Below, piece after piece: positions 59,386 through 64,000 of a stretch of DNA of 64,000 nt. Both the position numbers and the translations under genes were made by a program. Position 1 is the stretch's first letter; each line of letters begins with the position of its first letter. The stretch covers positions 85,154-149,153 of the forward strand of contig JAUCBJ010007204.1 in the NCBI GenBank assembly GCA_032718475.1. Direction: 5' to 3'. The notes under the pieces are model-generated. The model saw only the letters and a program-made list of their open reading frames with translations, was not told where the DNA came from and did not search any database. This stretch comes from Nemertoderma westbladi (Eukaryota; Animalia; Xenacoelomorpha).

Positions 59386-61986
59386 CTATTTCTTTCTCTG
59401 ATACGCCTTTCGTCTCTTCGCCCGTCGACTCTCATCGATCGCTATAGCTGGTAGAGGAGCGTCAACATCCATCGTGAGTAACGCTTCGGCTTGTCTCCTG
59501 GCGGCTCTTCCTTTCGATGGCATAGGGATCATGTCGGTTCGTCTTTCCAACTCAGATTTGCGTGCCTCTAGGAACCATTCTCCGTCACCGAACTCCTCTT
59601 TATACGAGTATAATCGTCTAATGACTTCGAATGGGCCGAATAATCCAGCGCTCAGTAGCAGATCCACGTAATGGAAAGGTAGCGTGGCCGACGTGTGGAG
59701 GCGTTCCGGGAAGGAGAAATATCCGCACGCCATCTCCTGCGCGATATTCCGAGCGTTTCTCCGAAACTTGGTCTTTAAGTGGCTGTTTGCGTATGTCTCA
59801 AACATGACCATATTGCCCATAGCGGTTACGTCTTTGGTAGGACATTTGATATAGCAGCGGGGGCTAGCGGAATGTCCACGGAAACCGCACGTGGTGCAGA
59901 GGTTATAAAGGATCGGACAGACCGAAACGTCGTGGCCCGATATCGCGCAGTATGGGCAATAGAGTATCCCGAGGAGCTGGAGGCAAGAATCGGTAACCCG
60001 ATTCCTTCTGCCGCGTGGGCACTGCTCCGAGCCGCAGTCGCCGCATACCTCCAACTGCGTTTCTCGACCGGGGAATATCGGAATCGGGACGCCGACGTAG
60101 TATTCGAGTCGTCGGTTGCTCTTCGGAATATTCTCGGTGGTCGGTAGCCTGCGGAATGCTAGGCTTTTGCGTAGTATGTTCTCGCTCCGATAACCCTCTT
60201 TGTGTCCCGATGGTCTCAACTCGGACGACCGTTTCTGGCGGTGGATCCATTCAGTTTGCTCGGCGTACCAACGGGTTAGTCGCATAGGGTCCTGAGGAAC
60301 GGCGGGTGTAGTAGCCACCGCTGGTCGGCGAAGAGGTGCCGGGGTTTTCGACGGAGGGATACCGAGGAGATCGTCGGGGGTCGGCGCATCGCTGGGGCCC
60401 TCCTCGACCAGTATCGCTGAGCGGGTCCGTTGGTGGCTGGTACTCGGGATCCCCGACGACCAATCTTCGCCACCCGGGAAAGGATACGGGGATAACCGTT
60501 GGCATATGTCGCCGAAGTCGCTCAATGCAGCTGTAGTAGCTACCTCCCTCGCGGGGCTACCGGAGCCGCGTGGGGTGTAAACGCCTGCTCTCTTCATCGG
60601 TTCGGCCGAGGCAACCCGTTTGGCGGCCGGTCCATACGCGGCCTCCGGCTCGAGTTGTCGCTTCGGGGTGGAGAGTAGAACACCCTCGTTTAGCCATATC
60701 TCTTCCCCTTCCGAGGAGATCAGAGGCTCCTCCGCACCGAGAAGTTCGGTAATCGTAGGGATGTCGTAAGGTCCGCTCTCGTCCCAGGAATCGATAACGG
60801 CGGGTGTTTTCGATTCTCCCGGTGTAATGTTCTCGACCGCTTTAAACGCGTGGTTTATAACCTCGTTCCAGTCGTAGTCGACGAAGGAAAGGGGGACCGC
60901 CGTAATAAGGTTATCGAGAGTTCTACAGATAAACTTAGCGACGGTGTAGCACTCCATAACGACGTAGATATAGCTCCGTCGATCGGGATTCTCCCACCTT
61001 TGGTGTATCGTCCACTTCCGATCGACGTCCTTCCATCGACCCTCTCGCTCGCTCTTTATCTCTAATCCCGGGTATCCGCCGTATATTTTATTATAGTCCC
61101 GGTATTTCTGGGGTTTGAAGTCGATACCGCCGTTTAGCACAGCGAGGTAGCCGATCCCGGATTTCGTCGGTCTCACTTCTTGGAATCCTCGCATGAATTC
61201 GGCGAATCTTAACCAGGCTAGCAGCGTTTGAGTGTCGATGCAATGGCTAAGTGCGTTGAGGTCGTTTCGTCGGTTTCTTCCTGCGGGAGCGTTCGCGTAG
61301 TCGTTCCGGACGTCCGCCTTGATATCCGACCCGATTTTAATGACGTCGAAGTCGAAGAGGATCTTTTGGATTTCCGGAGGCAGCAACCAGATCGCTCCGG
61401 CTGCCTGCACTTCCTGTCTGGGTGTCGGGAATATTCGGCACACCAGTACCAAACCGTCCAGGGTTCCGAGGACGACGACTAAGGATCGACCATATTCTTT
61501 CGCCCCGTACTTTTCCTGGTAGTCGTCGCGGTTCTGGATAATCGATACGCGTTCCTCTCGAAGCGTCGCCGTACACTCCGACAGGTTTCCCCAGTGGGCG
61601 AGGTACGTACTCTTGTCGTCGACGAAACTTTGACATCTCGCCAACGTAATCGCTTTCGATGTGGGCGTCGCGTTTCCCTCGTTGTCGTAGATCAAACATC
61701 GGGATCTGTAGATGCTCTGCCGGAACGTTTCCCAAAACGACGAATCGTCCCCTCCGGTTGCCTTTGCGTTCCGAGTTCTTTTCAGTCTCGTACTAGCATC
61801 GGCTAACCGGAGGGCTCGTAGATTCTTAGAATCCGGTCCCTCTCGCCCGGTGAATTTAATGACTCGCACGTTCTCATTTAGCAGGGTGCTCCAATTTGTA
61901 TCAAAGTCAGGGGATCCGGGTTGCGAATATTCCAGTAGATCTATCGTGTTACGTAATTCGCCGATAATTTGGCGATTTGGGTCCAT
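59386..61986 (-). CDS. Intact 866-aa extra ORF of element E: DEDDy-like 3'-5' exonuclease plus CCHC zinc fingers and basic tail
   Basis: LIYDNEG, LFDFDVIKIGSDIKAD, CIDTQ, SGIGYLA, WENP...IYVVME, YCPYCAISGHDVSVCPILYNLCTTCGFRGH, RRAKRRK. These are colinear with family 1 ORF2 motifs. Confidence 0.85.
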   Translation of the reverse strand: MDPNRQIIGELRNTIDLLEYSQPGSPDFDTNWSTLLNENVRVIKFTGREGPDSKNLRALRLADASTRLKRTRNAKATGGDDSSFWETFRQSIYRSRCLIYDNEGNATPTSKAITLARCQSFVDDKSTYLAHWGNLSECTATLREERVSIIQNRDDYQEKYGAKEYGRSLVVVLGTLDGLVLVCRIFPTPRQEVQAAGAIWLLPPEIQKILFDFDVIKIGSDIKADVRNDYANAPAGRNRRNDLNALSHCIDTQTLLAWLRFAEFMRGFQEVRPTKSGIGYLAVLNGGIDFKPQKYRDYNKIYGGYPGLEIKSEREGRWKDVDRKWTIHQRWENPDRRSYIYVVMECYTVAKFICRTLDNLITAVPLSFVDYDWNEVINHAFKAVENITPGESKTPAVIDSWDESGPYDIPTITELLGAEEPLISSEGEEIWLNEGVLLSTPKRQLEPEAAYGPAAKRVASAEPMKRAGVYTPRGSGSPAREVATTAALSDFGDICQRLSPYPFPGGEDWSSGIPSTSHQRTRSAILVEEGPSDAPTPDDLLGIPPSKTPAPLRRPAVATTPAVPQDPMRLTRWYAEQTEWIHRQKRSSELRPSGHKEGYRSENILRKSLAFRRLPTTENIPKSNRRLEYYVGVPIPIFPGRETQLEVCGDCGSEQCPRGRRNRVTDSCLQLLGILYCPYCAISGHDVSVCPILYNLCTTCGFRGHSASPRCYIKCPTKDVTAMGNMVMFETYANSHLKTKFRRNARNIAQEMACGYFSFPERLHTSATLPFHYVDLLLSAGLFGPFEVIRRLYSYKEEFGDGEWFLEARKSELERRTDMIPMPSKGRAARRQAEALLTMDVDAPLPAIAIDESRRAKRRKAYQRKK

Positions 61987-62529
61987 ATTTACGATTATAT
62001 CCGTTACAAATTAGTTCAGTTAATTATAAGTCCAGAAAGTCTGAAACTATAGCGATAGCAGAATAATTCAGTTTTTTATTTAATTCAGTTTATTAAATAA
62101 CATTGCTATATAGGCATCTATCATCTTATTGCTAATACATTCAGCATTTACAGTTACTATAGCTATACATAATATCCAACCAGTTTTTTATGACTTTTTT
62201 GTCCTTTTTTTTCCAATTCTTTTCTTTGACCTCTTTTATACCTTTTTTTGTCTTTTTTCATTTCATTATTATTTCATCTCATTTCATTTATTTCCACATA
62301 TATTTCAACATTTAGTTCCACCATTTATTTCACATTTATTTATTTCCACATCATCATTGGGTTTATAGCCCCCCGGCTATCATCATTGGTTATAAGCGCA
62401 GCACCAGGGTGCGCATCATTTCATTTTCATCATTATACGCGTCATCATTCAGGTTTATAGCAGAGTTGTCTGATCCTTTTCATCGTTTCCAACTATATTC
62501 AATCATTTTCTTTGGTTAATCTTTGTCGT

Positions 62530-62960
62530 GGAAGGGGTGTTACGCGGCAATCTGGGATCTACAGCTGGACTCGTTACACCGCCTACGCCCCAAACTGCGC
62601 ACGTAACGGACAATGAAGACGCTAGGAGTGAAGTCACGTGGATGCACCAGGGACCCACCAGAATAACACTCCCAACAACATAAAGCTCAGTCGACGAAGT
62701 CATGTGGGATGGGGTTACGCAACATTCTGGGATCTACAGCTGGACTCGTTACACCGCCTACGCCCCAAAATCCACGTAACGGTCCCACCAGAATAACGTG
62801 ACTGAGAAACATAAAACCCTCTATCGTCGAAGTCATGTGGATGCACCATGGATCCACCAGAATAACGGGATAGAGGGGGTGTTGAGCGGCAATCCAGGAT
62901 CTACAGCTGGACTCGTTACACCGTCTACGCCCCGAACTGCGCACGCAACGGACAACATAA
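62530..62960 (-). repeat. Three-copy ~172-bp repeat in the IN-ORF2 spacer of element E
   Basis: GGATCTACAGCTGGACTCGTTACACCG.CTACGCCCC at ~62555, ~62730 and ~62897. Confidence 0.88.
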
Positions 62961-63227
62961 CATACTGCGATGAATACAATGAATTCCACTTCAAATCTTT
63001 TCCATTTCCAATAATCCAATATCGTAGGTCCTGATGACCAAAATCAGGGTAAACTAAACATAAACGACCCTGCGTCAGTCAAAACATCTGCAGGGTGACG
63101 CTGGACTCCACATAACACACGAGGAAACACAAATACCATTGCGTGGTTACAGTTGGTTTAAGGGGGGTCCATAATTCGTTGTCGATAAATCACAGTTTAA
63201 AAGAGTTTGTCAACATGATGAGAAGGG

Positions 63228-63983
63228 TTACACGCATTTGTAATTGTCACCAATGTCCACAGCAGGATCTTGAGTAGGGATCTTATCACCTCTCGTAGAG
63301 TCACCACTATCATTGCCTTCAAGAAGGCACAGCCTCTGGATAGGGCGTTGGTAGTGGCCCTTTGCCGTTCGTATCGTCACAGTCCTCGCAAGTCCGTCTT
63401 TGCTTGGGTGTATGGTCACGACCCGCGCCACAGGCCAGTGAACGCGGTCTTTGAGATCTTCTTTAACTAGTACCATGTCGCCAACTGCGACATTCCGGTA
63501 GGTGTTGTTCCATTTCCTCCTGGTCCGGAGGGTTATGAGGTACTCCTGGGCCCAAATTCTCCACCAATGCGCTGCTAACGCTTGGGCCTTTTTCCAGTTT
63601 GTATGTTTCGCGATCTCGTTGGGATCCGGGAACATGGTTTCCGGGAGGAGGTGGGTTTTGGGTCTCCCCAGTAAGTGGTTAGGAGTGAGGGGTTCCAGGT
63701 CTGTGGGGTCGTCGCGGATAGGAACAATGGGTTGGTTGTTCAGGGTAGCCGTGATCTCGCAGAATGTTGTGCGGAGGGTGTCATGGGTTACCCGGGTATC
63801 GCCTAGAGCGACGCGCATGGATCGTTTCACTAGGTCGATCAGTTTCTCCCATACCCCGCTCGTATGGGGTACTAAGGGGGTCTGGAAGTGCCACTGTATC
63901 TGGTGTTCCTTCCAGACTTGGGATGCAGTGTTATCGGTAAACCATCCCTCGATCGCCTCTCTAAGTTCTCTTTCTCCTCCCAC
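63228..63983 (-). CDS. BEL/Pao integrase C-terminal part (element E, truncated by window end)
   Basis: DNGTNF at the edge, SGVWEKLI, LNNQPI, PLTPNHLL, RRKW..VAVGDMVLV..HWPVARV..DGLARTV..RPIQRLCLL. Confidence 0.92.
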   Translation of the reverse strand: MGGERELREAIEGWFTDNTASQVWKEHQIQWHFQTPLVPHTSGVWEKLIDLVKRSMRVALGDTRVTHDTLRTTFCEITATLNNQPIVPIRDDPTDLEPLTPNHLLGRPKTHLLPETMFPDPNEIAKHTNWKKAQALAAHWWRIWAQEYLITLRTRRKWNNTYRNVAVGDMVLVKEDLKDRVHWPVARVVTIHPSKDGLARTVTIRTAKGHYQRPIQRLCLLEGNDSGDSTRGDKIPTQDPAVDIGDNYKCV

Positions 63984-64000
63984 AAAGTTTGTACCATTAT

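Larger units (their letters stand above)
57740..64000 (-). mobile_element. BEL/Pao LTR retrotransposon family 2 (element E), 3' part
   Basis: BEL/Pao integrase C-terminus, spacer, exonuclease ORF, PPT (plus strand GTCCCCCCC at 59221) and an LTR-like block. Confidence 0.88.

Noticed and set aside
63029-63060. Hammerhead core CTGATGA
   Set aside because: No correctly placed GAAA or flanking stems.

Overview
Eukaryotic (probably invertebrate) repeat-dense DNA made almost entirely of nested transposable elements; no host gene or RNA gene is supported. There are three copies of one large BEL/Pao LTR retrotransposon family. Copy A spans 1-12913 (+, 5' end outside the window). Copy D spans 24376-52219 (+, TSD TAGTA), is a deletion derivative and sits inside an L2/CR1-type LINE. 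Copy C spans 26505-42357 (-, TSD CAGCG) and is nested inside D. The window also holds the 3' part of a second, divergent BEL/Pao family (E, 57740-64000 -), a gag-only LTR element (B, 14883-21695 -, TSD GATAC) nested in a P-like TIR element (14170-22836), a Mag-like Ty3/gypsy element (F) and MITEs. Two signals stand out. (1) Both BEL/Pao families carry, in the env position, a large non-env ORF with a DEDDy-type 3'-5' exonuclease domain (YDNEG...KIG..D...YxxxE), a CCHC zinc-finger cluster and a basic tail, and it appears to be under purifying selection. (2) The three elements whose 5' LTR is visible (C, D, B) lack a tRNA-type PBS. Instead the 9-11 nt right after the LTR are exactly complementary to a motif inside their own LTR, with a compensatory base change between C and D. 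This suggests tRNA-independent self-priming. All alignments and structures were done by eye; no database searches were run.
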